From assembly GCF_009914755.1 (NCBI RefSeq), contig NC_060936.1: DNA of 64,000 nt; one strand, written 5' to 3'. The position numbers were made by a program, and so were the translations under genes. The notes below the pieces were generated by a model. The model was not told the origin of the DNA, searched no databases, and saw nothing but the letters and a program-made list of their open reading frames with translations. Each line of letters opens with the position of its first letter. The stretch's first letter is position 1. Origin of the DNA: the human T2T-CHM13v2.0 reference genome, Homo sapiens. Of the stretch, positions 1-12,575 are shown in pieces.

Positions 1-3000
1 TTCTAATTCAATGTATTATTAGCCAGTAAATCAGTCCTTAACTGCTCATGTCACTTTTACAATAGACACACAATTTATCAACTTAATAAAAGAATGTTGT
101 GCTCAACTATCAACATTTATAGGATTCTAATTTCTAAAATGTAGCTCCCATTTCTCTTCAAGTTGTACAAGTTCTCATGGATATATTTTATCTTGTTTCA
201 GACATTTGTCAGTTGTTGACTGCTCACACAAATACCCCTTTCTACCTCTGCCCTGATTACATTTAGGAGAATTAATTATCCCCCTTGTGTGAAGTCTTGG
301 TGGGGTGGTAAATCCACCTATTTGTTTTTCTATTCTGAACTATAAAGGGGAGGCTCCTTCCATAAGATTCTCTTTTTTATCACTCAAGAACAACCAAGAG
401 GCACATAACATTATTAGAGTCTTGTGTGACTTTAAGTTTTGAGTAAAATTATGCAAGGTCAGAAATAAATTGTTGGGAACTCCTTCATGCCAACCACAGC
501 ATCTGGACAAGGTTGACAGCAGTTCCTGTTACAAAGACTCTCTAAAGTCACCCGGTTCTATCTGTTTCAAGACTTTTCTTTACAATTTGTGGCTCCCCTA
601 TAATCTCCCAATTAATCCCTCAATTTGTGTTTCCATTTGCCAAGATAGTTTCTGTTGCTTGCTACCCTAGAACCTTAACTGATTCATAAAGCTTTGGAGA
701 AAGCATCATGAAATGAAAGAAACCCTGCGATAAGAGGCCTGGGACATGAACTATAGTTGTAGCTTTACAGTTAACTTGCTTTGAGATCCAGTAGCAGTTC
801 CCTATCCTTTCAGATTTTAATTTCCTCATTATAATGCTAATAGCCGAGGCAACCTTGAAGCTTCAGTTTTTAAAGCTATACTTTTATGACTTGTGTTGCT
901 ATTGGTTAGGAACCACTATCAGGATATAGTGATTATATTACAGTGGCTACATTATCAACACTGTGGTTAACTTAAGAACTTTCATAGAAGTTTTACTCGA
1001 TCTTTTAACACACAGGAGTATTCCCGATCTGTTAATCCTTGACTGAGCATTTACTCTGTTGGTCGTCTCTTGGGTGGGGTGACCAGATATTGGAACAGAT
1101 GCCTACAGCAGAGAAAGTAAAGGGGCATGTAATTACCTGTTCTTGGGAAGTATTACCTCAGTTCACTGGGGTGTTTATGACAGAGCTAGCCTCAAAGATG
1201 ATTGATGGGATTTGCTTTAGCTCCAGACAGTAAGAAATGCTGACACATTACATTAATGTTAAAATAAAATCTAGTCAGCAAATACTTACTGTAGGTAAGG
1301 CACCCTCCCTTTGTGAGGCCTCGCCTTTGTTGTAAATTTCAGGATCTCATACACAGTGTCTAATTTGGAAGTGGTTGTCACTGAATGTTTCCTAATATTT
1401 CTAGGCTTTTCCTTGGTTCTGGTATCATCAAAATTGGGCTATTACAATGTAGATTAGTACTTTCAGTGACCCATGGATGGTACTAACACCAACTGCCAAC
1501 TGCTTCGCATTCGAACTAGACTTTGGTTATTACACTTGGTCTGTATTTCACAGCTCAATAACTCAGTAAATAATACTATAGCAACACAGCATTTAAAGGA
1601 AGTTTGACAATTACCCAGGTACTTCTAATGATTTCTAAAATTAATTTGGATACTATAAAATACCTGTGAAATGTACTTTGAGATCACCATGAATGACTGG
1701 TATGCAGTTTGCTTGACTACGAAGGTCAAAGCATATCCAGTTCACTTGGCCTTGTATGGCTGCCTACTTGGCTTAGAGTCTTATCTGAAGCACTTACTTC
1801 AACCAAGCAGATGATTTTCACTTCTCAGCTTCCTGCAATGACTCTCCATCCCATTAAAATAAAAATCAGTAGTTGTAGAGTAAGCTGATAGGACCCTCCC
1901 ATGATTTGGTCCTGTTACTTCTCTTGCTTCACTCCTCCCATCTTCCCCTGTTCACCTCATTCTAGCCACACTGGCCATCTTGCTGTTCTTTCTCAGAGAT
2001 CTTGACCTGCTTGAATAAAGAGCCCTCCAGCACCCTCAGAACCAGGTGAAGGAGCTCTTCACTGCCACTGGAGGCCACCATCAAGACACTCCTGCCACCA
2101 GCACTGCATTCTGTTGCTGTGAGAATCAAAGGGTCTCATAGTGCTAGCAGGCCTGATGGCTGCCAGAGTTTTGATTGCAGGAGTCTTTGATGTGCTGGTT
2201 GTCTACCGCTCATCAAAGCCGACTCTGTACCTTTTTGCCGTACAGAAGCTAGACACCACTCCTACTGGTGCCATCCCCGTAAGGCAGAGTGCAACACCGC
2301 AGCCCGTTGATAATAGTATCTAACATTTGCTTAATACTTACTATATACCAAAAATGATATTCATTTAATATACATAATAACTTTGCGAGGTGTGCACTAT
2401 TATTATCCATATATTATAGATGACCAAAAGAGAGCCTTTGAAAGAGTTAACAGTATTGTGCAATGTCACACAGGTAACAAGGATAGAGGCTGGATTCCAA
2501 CTGAGGCATTATAATTCCAGAAACTATGAATTTAATGACTCCAGAATCAAAACATTTAGCCTCACCACTATATTTGGTTAAAGTGGGAAGTAACCCATTC
2601 TCCCACCTTTTTGCCACTTTAAGCTCAATGTATTCATGTAGTTTTCATTTAAAAAATATAACTATACTTTTGTGCAGTTTTTACTCACCGCACCAGGGGA
2701 CAAATCTGAAAGTCAGGCTTTGTGCTAAAAATCAAAATTAGAACAAACTTGAGACCACCTGGAACATTATTATTGGTTCTCACATCACTCCTACAACTTT
2801 TAGCAGAATGCAGGAAAGCTTGTCTGTATGATCTAAATTAAAACAATGATGAAGGTGATGATTATTTTTGAGATGACACAGGATTAGGTTGGGAAAAAGT
2901 AAGGAGTCAGCAACCCAGGCCCTCGCCTCAGCCATTCTTATTTAAAAGCACCTCTACTTCTCTCATTTTATTTGTTTTACATTTTGGACTTCCTGGTGTG

Positions 3001-4384
3001 ATTTCTTTTAAAGAAAGATTCTGGTGCTTAAAATAAAGAAAAGGAAAAAGAGGAAAATCCGAAATCCAGAGTCACTACTGATGTTCCTTCCTCTTCTCTT
3101 TTTTTGGTTGGATATGGTGGGGTCTGGTAAGAAGCATTAATTCAGGGTATGGACTCACAGGGATTTGTCAACAAGGATAGTATATTTTGACAAGGACCAA
3201 CACGGAGGCCCTGTTTCCTTGGCCGTCTGGACACAGGGGTTGACTTCCGGCAAGGATGCCTTTGAAATGTTTTTTCAGGTTTCTCTTTTGAAGTACAAGG
3301 ATAAACAGGTCCTCCTTTAAATTCTTTCTATTGTCTTTGATGGTTTCTCTTTTCTCTGTGGATAAAAATAGAAAATTTAAAGAAAATATCAGCTATTTCT
3401 GAGACGAGTAGTTTAAAAAGCTCGAGTGTCTCCACAGAGAGCAATTGTGTGGGTATTCGGGCCACATGAAATTCTGATTCGCCAAGGGGATTGTGGCTCA
3501 GTCTGAAGCTTTGCCAGGACTTGCATGTCTGGGTGGTACAGGGGTGAGAAATTCTGCTACAACAGCTGCTGTGCTTTCAACACTGTGAGAGCAACATCAC
3601 CTTAGTATTCCCATAAGCCTTCTCTCCCACTCCTACTTTAGCTATAGAAACTGCATTTAAAGAGAAAAAAATTATGTGCAGGTATAAAGTTGAAATTATT
3701 TTATCGCTTGGTTAGATGATTTCCAAATTGAACATTTTATGAGTCCAGAATACAATATCCCTACATATACAAGTGTAAATACTTATTTACATTTAGAAAT
3801 AACCAGCTCAACAGGTACGTGTGAATGTGGCATAAAATGTAACATTAGAAGAAAGAAATCTCAGCATAGTTCAGGCCATAAAATACTGGAGAAAGTTTTC
3901 TTACATTTCATCTGTTAAAGTAGTAACAGAAAAACTCTCATATTCTGTTCCCATGGTTAGGTTGTCTTGCACAGGATGTAGTTATTGAAATGATCTTTTT
4001 ATAGTTCTGAGTTGATATCTCATAATTATTGACCTGACAGTTTCTTTGCTTTTTTGCAAAATCATTGTAGTCTGCAGCCCATTATCTTTCAAAGAGGTAG
4101 AAAATGAATTTCTCAGTGCCTGGCCCTGTAACGACCCATGGTAAACTCCAGAAATGTTTGCTGAATATATAAATGAATGTAGGCATTTCACAGTTCACCG
4201 AAAATGAGCACATTGAAACATTTATTTGAAGTCCATTACTTCAGCCCTTTTGAAATAGAGTTCTATTTTCTGACTTGGGAAATCTTTTAAACTCTGGATA
4301 AATATGTAAATTCTCACACTTTATATACTTTATGATTCTGTTCAATTTATGGAAGAAACAACAGGTTATTTTAATATGAAGCTC

Positions 4385-7300
4385 ATTTATTTTTGTTTAA
4401 ATTTTTCCGTATGTTATTGTGGTATTTTGTTACATGAGTAAGTTCTTTAGTGATGATTTGTGTGATTTTGGTGCACCCATCACCTGAGAAGTATACACCG
4501 TACCCTATTTGTAGTCTTTTATCCCTCGTCCCCCTCCTACCCTTCCCCTCAAGTCCCCTAAGTTCATTGTATCATTCTTATGCCTTTGCATCCTCATAGC
4601 TTAGCTCCCTCTTATATGTGAGAACATACAATGTTTGGTTTTCCATTCCTGAGTTACTTCACTTAGAATAATAGTTCTCCAATATCATCCAGGTCACTGC
4701 AAATGCCGTTAATCATTCCTTTTTTATGGCTGAGTAGTATTTCATTGTATATATATACCATGGTTTCTTTATCCACTTGTTGATTGATGGGCATTTGGGT
4801 TGGTTCCATGATTCTGCAATTGCGAATTGTGCTTCTATAAACTTGCGTGTGCAAGTTTCTTTTTCGTATAATGACTTCTTTTCCTCCGAGTGGATTCCCA
4901 TTAATGGGATTGCTGGATCAAATGGTAGTTCTACTTTTAGTTCTTTAAGGAATCTCCACGCTGTTTTCCATAGTGGTTGTACTAGTTTACGTTCCCACCA
5001 ACAGAGTAAAAGTGTTCACTGATCACTGTATCCATGCCAACATCTATTGTGTCTTGATTTTTTTGATTATGGCCATTCTTGCAAGAGTAAGATGGTATCA
5101 TATTGCGGTTTTGATTTGCATGTCCCTGATCATTAGTGATGTTGAGCATTTCTTCATACGTTTGTTGGCCTTTTGTATATCTTCTTTTGAGAATTGTTTA
5201 TTTATGTCCTTGGCCTACTTTTTGATGGTTTTTTTTCTTACTGATATGTTTGAGTTCATTATAGATTCTTGATATTAGTCCTTTGTTAGATGTATAGATC
5301 GTGAAGATTTTCTCCTACTCTGTGGTTGTTTGTTTACTCTGCTGACTGTTCCTTTTGCCATGCAAAAGCTCTCTAGTTTAATTAAGTCCCAACTATTTAT
5401 CTTTGTTTTTATTGCATTTGCTTTTAGGTTCTTGGTAATGAAATCCTTGCCTGAGCCAATGTCTAGAAGGATTTTTCCAGTGTTATCTTCTAGAATTTTT
5501 ATAGTTTCAGGTCTTAGATTTAAGTCCTTAATCCATCTTGAGTTGATTTTTATATAAGGGAGAGATGAGGATCCAGTTTCATTCTCCTACATGTGGCTAG
5601 CTAATTATCCCACCACCATTTGTTGAAAAGGATGTCCTTTCCCCACTTTATGTTTTTGTTTGCTTTGTTGAAGATCAGTTGGCCATAAGTATTTTGGTTT
5701 ATTTCTGGGTTCTCTATTCTGTTCCTTTGGTTTGTGTGCCTATTTTTATACAAGTACCATGCTGTTTTGGTGACTATGGCCTTATAGTATAGTTTGAAAT
5801 CAGGTAGTGTGATGCCTCTAGATTTGTTCTTTTTGCTTAGTGTTGCTTTTGCTCTGCAGGCTCTTTTTTGGTTCCATATGAATTTTAGAATTGTTTTTTC
5901 TAATTCTGTGAAGAATGATGGTGGTATTTTGATAGGAATTGCATTGGAATTGTAGATGCTTTTGGCAGTATAGTCTTTTTAATAATATTGATTCTACCCA
6001 TCCATGAGCATGGGATGTATTTCCATTTGTTTGTGTCATCTGTGATTTCTTTCAGCATTGTTTTGTAGTTTTCCTTGTAGAGGTCTTTTGACTCCTTTGT
6101 TAGGTATGTTCCTAAGTATTTTATTTTATTTTAGTTTTTTGCAGCTATTGTAAAAGGGGTTGAGTTCTCGATTTGATTCTCCACTTGGTCACTGTTGGTG
6201 TATAGAAGAGCTACTGATTTGTGTACATTAATCTCGTGACCAGAAACTTTATGGAATTCTTTTATCAGTTCTAGGAGCTTTCTGGAGGTCTTTAGGGTTT
6301 TCAAGGTAAATGATCATATTGTCAACAAACAGTGACAGTTTGACTTCCTCTTCATTGATTTGATGCCCTTTATTTCTTCCTCTTGTCTGATTGCTCTGGC
6401 TAGGACTTCCAGTACTATGTTGAAGAGGAGTGGTGAGAGTGGGCATCCTTGTCTTGTTCTAGTTCTCAGAAAGAATGCTTTCAATTTTTCCCCATTCAGT
6501 ATTATGTTGGCTGTGGGCTTGTCATAGATGGCTTTTATTACATTGAGCTATGTCCCTTGTATGCTGATTCTGCTGAGAGTTTTAATCATAAAGGAATGCT
6601 GGATTTTGTTGAATGCTTTTTCTGCATCTATTGAAATGATCATGTGATTTTTGTTTTCAATTTTGTTTATGTGGTTTATCACATTTATTGACTTTCATAT
6701 GTCAAACCATCTCTGCATCCCAGGTATGGAACCCAATTGATCATGGTGGATTATCTTTTTGATATGTTGTTGGATTCGGTTAGCTAGTATTTTGTTAAGG
6801 ATTTTAGCATCTATGTTCATCAAGGATATCAGTCTGTAGTTTTCTTTTTTGCTTGTGTTCTTTCCTGGTTTTGGTATTAGGGCAATGCTGGCTTCATAGA
6901 ATGAATTGTGGGGCCGGGGGTGGGGGGTGGTTCCTTCTTTCTCTAACTTGTGGAATAGTGTCAAAAGGATTGATACCAATTCTTTGAATGTCTGGTGGAA
7001 TTCGGCTGTGAATCCATCTGGTCCTGGACTTTGTTTTGTTGGTAACTTTTTAAGTACCATTTCAATCTCGCTGCTTATTGTTGGTCTGTTCAGGGTATCT
7101 AATTCTTCCTGATTTAAGCTAGGAGAGTTGTTGTTTTCCAAGAATTTATCCACTGCCTAGGTTTTCTAATTTATGTGCGTAAAGGTGTTCATAGTAGCCT
7201 TGAATGATCTTCTGTATTTCGTGTTGTCAGTTGTAATATTTCCTGTTTCGTTTCTTAGTGAGGTTATTTGGATTTCTGTTTTCTTTTCTCGGTTAATCTG

Positions 7301-9853
7301 GCTAATGGTCTATCAATTTTACTTATCTTTTCAAAGAACCAGCTTTTTGTTTCATTTATCTTTTGTATTTTCTTTTGTTTCAATTTCATTTAGTTCTGCT
7401 CTGATCTTGGTTATTTCCTTTCTTCTGCTGGGTTTGGGTTTAGTTTGTTCTTGTTTCTCTAGTTCCTTGTGGTGTGATCTTAGAATGTCAGTTTGTGCTA
7501 TTTTGGTCTTTTTGATGTAGGCATTTAGGGCTATGCACTCTCCTCTAAGCACCGCCTTTCCTGTATCCCAGAGGTTTTGATAGGTTGTGTCATTATTGTC
7601 GTTCAGTTGGAAGAATTTTTTAATTTCCTTCTTGACTTCATTTTTGACCCAATGCTCATTCAGTAGTAGGTTATTTAATTTCCATGTATTTGCATGGTTT
7701 TGAAGGTTCCTTTTACAGTTTTATTCCTCTGTGATCTGAGAGTGCTTGATATAATTTCAATTATCTTAAATTTATTGAGGCTCATTTTATGCCCTATCAT
7801 ATGGTTTATCTCGGAGAAAGTTCCATGTGCTGTTGAATAGAATGTGTATTCTGCAGTTGTTTGATGAAATGTTCCATACTTGTCTGTTAAGTCCATTTGT
7901 TCCAAGGTATAGTTTAAATCCATTGTTTCTTTGTTGACTTTCTGTCTTGATGACCTGTCTAGTGCTGTCAGTGGAGTATTGAAGTCTCCTACTATTATTG
8001 TGTTGCTGTCTATCTCATTTCTTAGGTCTATTAGTAATTGTTTTATAAATTTGGGAGCTCCAGTATTAGGTGCATATATGTTTAGGATTGTGATATTTTC
8101 CTGTTGGACAAGACCTTTTACCAATACATAATGTCCGTCTATCTTTGTCTCTTTTAACTGATGTTGCTTTAAAGTTTGTTTTGTCTGATACAGGAACAGC
8201 TACCCCTGCTTGCTTTTGGTGTCCATTTGCATGAAATGCCTTTTTCCACCCCTTTACTTTAAGTTTATGTGAATCCTTATTTGTTAGGTGAGTGTCCTGA
8301 AAGCAGCAGATAGTCTGTTGGTTAGTTCTTATTCATTCTGTAGTTCCGTATCTTTTAAGTGGAGCACTTAGGCCATTTACATTAAATGTTAGTATTGAGA
8401 TGTGAGCTACCATTGCATTCATCATGCTATTTGTTGCCTGTGTACCTTGGTTTTTTTGTTTTTGCTTTTTAAGTTGTATTTTGTTTTATATATCCTGTGT
8501 GATTTATGCTTTAAAGAGGTTCTGTTTTGATGTGTTTCCAGGGTTTGTTTCAAGATTTAGAGCTCCTTTTAGCAGTTCTTGTAGTGGTGGCTGGGTAGTG
8601 GTGAATTCTCTCATCATTTGTTTGTCTGAAAACAACTGTATATTTCCTTCATATATAATGCTTAGTTTTGCTGTATACAAAATTCTTGACTGATAATTGT
8701 TCTATTTGAGGAGGCTAAAGATAGGGCCCCAATCCCTTCTAGTTTGTAGGGTTTCTGCCGGGAAATCTGCTGTTAATCTAATAGGTTGTCCTTTATACAT
8801 TACCTGGTGCTTTTGTCTCACAGCTCTTAAGATTCTTTCTTTCATTTTAACTTTAGACAACCTTACGACAATGTGCCTAGGCGATGATCTTTTTGTGATT
8901 AATTTCCTAGGTCTTCTTTGTGTTTCTTGTATTTGGATGTCTAGGTCTCTAGCAAAGCTGGGAAGTTTTCTTCAGTTACTTCCCCAGATATATTTTCCAA
9001 ACTTTTAGGTTTCTCTTCTTCCTCAGGTACACCGATTAATCTTAGGTTTGGTCGTTTAACATAATCCCAGACTTCTTGGAGGCTTTGTTCATATTTCCTT
9101 ATTCTTTTTTCTTTGTCTTTGTTGGACTGGGTTAATTCAAAGACCTTGTCTTTGAGCTCTGAAATTTTTCTTCTACTTGTTCAATTGTATTGCTGAGATT
9201 TTCCAGAGCATTTTGCATTTCTATGTATGTGTCCATTGTTTCTTGAAGTTTTGATTGTTTTTTCTTTATGCTATCTATTTCCCCCTTCACGTCTGGTATC
9301 ATTTTTTGGATTTCCTTGCATTGGGCTTTGCCTTTTTCTGGTGCCTCCCTGATTAGTTTAATAACTAACCTCCTGAATTCGTTTTCAGGTAAATCAGGGA
9401 TTTCTTTTTGTTTTGGATCCATTGCTGGTGAACTAGTATGATTTTGGGGGGCTGGTAAGGAACCTTGTTTTGTCATATTATCAGAATTGGTTTTCTGGTT
9501 CCCTCTCATTTGGGTAGCCTCTGTCAGAGGGAAGGTCTAGAGCTGAAGGCTGTTGTTCACATTCTTTTGTCCCACAGGGTGTTCCCTTGATGTAGTACTC
9601 TCCCCCTTTTCCTATGGATATGACTTCCTGTGAGCTGAGCTGTAGTGATTGCTATCTCTTTTCTGGGTCTAGTCACATAGCAACTCTACCGAGCTCCTAG
9701 CTGGTACTGGGGGTTTTCTGCACAGACTCCTGTGATGTGAACCATCTATGGGTCTCTCAGCCATGGATACCAGCACAGTATTCGGGGAGTCTCCTGGGTC
9801 CTAAAGGAGAAGTCTGCTTCCTTCAGTGGGTCTGTGGGTCCTCTCGGGATCTG
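4385..9853 (-). mobile_element. LINE-1, L1PB (L1PB1-like), near full length, decayed ORF1/ORF2
   Basis: ORF1 remnant (ORF 9132..9509) and ORF2 EN/RT remnants (7675..8124 GDFNTPL; 6695..7153 [21 protein letters not shown]) spanning ~4601-8425. L1PB-type 3' UTR. 10-bp TSD TATGAAGCTC at 4375-4384 and 9854-9863. Confidence 0.92.
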
Positions 9854-10879
9854 TATGAAGCTCTTGAAGTTCAAACTGAGATATAAAGGTGAAATAGGTC
9901 AATGCAAATATGGAGTATCTAACTTACATAATTTTTAATGTTTGTCTATTTTGAACTGTAGTAGCATTTACTTTTGCTTTAGGTTAACCCTTTAAAGCCT
10001 TCAGTTGCTCCAGTGGGAGATAGAATCATTCCCCCAGTTTTCTGAAGGAATAACCACTTTGAAATAGGAGCCAAGAGGAGAATCTATCCTCCCTCTGAGT
10101 GTTTATTGTTTTGAACACAGATTTCTGAGATATTATGTGTCTGGAGAGGACCAGAGTGCTGACATCATTTTTGACTTGAAAATATGTCTATGATAAAATA
10201 GGAGTCAACACATAGAATTGAGGTTCATAGAGTAGGCACACAACATTTTCATATAAAGTGATCCATCCCCTCAAACCAATATTAGGTTATGATATATTTA
10301 CTTAACATACTGTAAACAGAGCTTTTACTTCATCAGTGTTAGAACATTAACCTTAGAAAGGACCTTAGAAATCTAGTTGATGTGTGAATTTTCAGAATCG
10401 ATATCCAACCATTCTATAAATTACTGTGCTCTGTAACTTCATCTCCTCATGACATGGCCAGTCTAATTTAGGATAGCTCTATTAGTTGAATAGGTCTTTC
10501 TCATAAGGAGTTGAAATTCCTTTCTGTATCTTTGGATAGATGCTAGTTGCATTGGTACCTTTTGTAGGGATGATCCAAGGGATAGAGCTGTGACTGGTGG
10601 GTGAAATTTACTTGGAGGCTGATCATTATTATTTAAAAAAATTTCCCTGGTGAAAATTATCTTGGCATATAGAGTGGAGTGCTTCAGGGTGGTGGTGGTA
10701 ATGAATTACCCCTCACTGAAAGAAAGAGTTTGAGTTAGGCTGAGTAATCAATGGACCAAGAATACTGCTCAGGAGAGTCAAGTATCTAAATAAAGATTGA
10801 GATAGGTGACATTTAAATGATTCATTTAACCCTGAGACTTTATGATAGACTTCTTTAGATGCCTCTTCAGGAATCCATA

Positions 10880-11460
10880 TGTGTACACCCAACTGCCTGC
10901 TTGCCATCTCCATAGATATCTGAATATCATTTCAAACTCAACATATCTGACATTACACTCTTGATTTATTTTTTCAATTCTGCTTATTCAACTATCTTCC
11001 TCAATTTTCATGTCAGTAAGTGGGTCCTCTACATAGCCATCAAAATAATTCTTTAAAAACTCTCCTATCCCTTCTCATCTTACCTCCTGTTCACTTTGCC
11101 TGGAATGTCACTCTCTCCCTTCATATATTTGCATGTCTAACCCTTCATTTTCTCTGCCTCTGCTCAAATATCATCACTTCTGAAATGTTCTCCTGGACCA
11201 CAATATCTGATGTAGCACTCCCTGGCACCCCTCTTTATTATTCTTTATCTCTCATATCTACTTTATTTTTCCATGGTAAATTGACATCACCATCTAATAT
11301 TTATTTACTTGCTTAACTGATTATTGTCTGTCTCCCCAGTTAGAATTTAAGCTTCTTTGGGAAAGGAAATTTGTTATATTCATTGCTATATCCTCAGTGC
11401 TAGAACAATTCCTGGTCAATATTAGGTATTCAATAAATATATGTTGAAATGATGTTAATG
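10880..11460 (+). mobile_element. L2 3' fragment
   Basis: L2 terminus ...CAGTGCTAGAACAATTCCTGG...TTCAATAAATATATGTTGAAATGA. Confidence 0.7.
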
Positions 11461-12118
11461 GATAATAATAGAGATTTAGTGTAAACAGGAAAATAAAGAG
11501 TAAAAATGTAGCATAAGCTAGCATATACAGGAAAAGAAAGGAAAGGTTCTTATTAATTTTTCATAGCAAAGCAAAATAACTTAAGGGCTTTGATGCATGC
11601 TCACAGAATCTTCCGTTCAAACCAGCCATTTTCCTATGAAGCTTGAATGGTCATTAGTCCATACGTTCACTCTTGGCTTTCATTTCAAAAGGAATGGAGA
11701 CATTGCAAACGTCATCAGCACTGATTGTAACCAGTTTCTGTAGAGAATACAGATCCCCAGACATACCAGATACCAGAGTTGGCTGACACTGAAAGATAGC
11801 CAGGGGTGAGAAATAATCATTGGTTTTACCCCTAAATCAGTTTTATAGGTGGAAGACAAGATCTGTCTTTGTTATCTACAGGGAGATCCTTATTTGCCCC
11901 TTCCACAGATACAGTCTTTCTAATTCCAAATCCTCTGGGTCTAGGCTTTCTAACCTGTGCAAATTATAAGTTTTAACATAACAAACAAAGTATTTGTTTA
12001 AACATAACAAACCTCCTATCTCAATTAAACTTAGATGGGATGACAGTCACTTTCAATTTTGCCACAAAAAAATGTAATTACTTCTCTTTTTTGCTTTAAT
12101 AAAATAGCTTTGTTCTAA

Positions 12119-12575
<457 letters not shown>

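Noticed and set aside
4663-9509. Many 60-150 aa ORFs, including hydrophobic membrane-like ones
   Set aside because: They are fragments of L1 ORF1/ORF2 or their T-rich antisense; frameshifts and stops show the element is dead.
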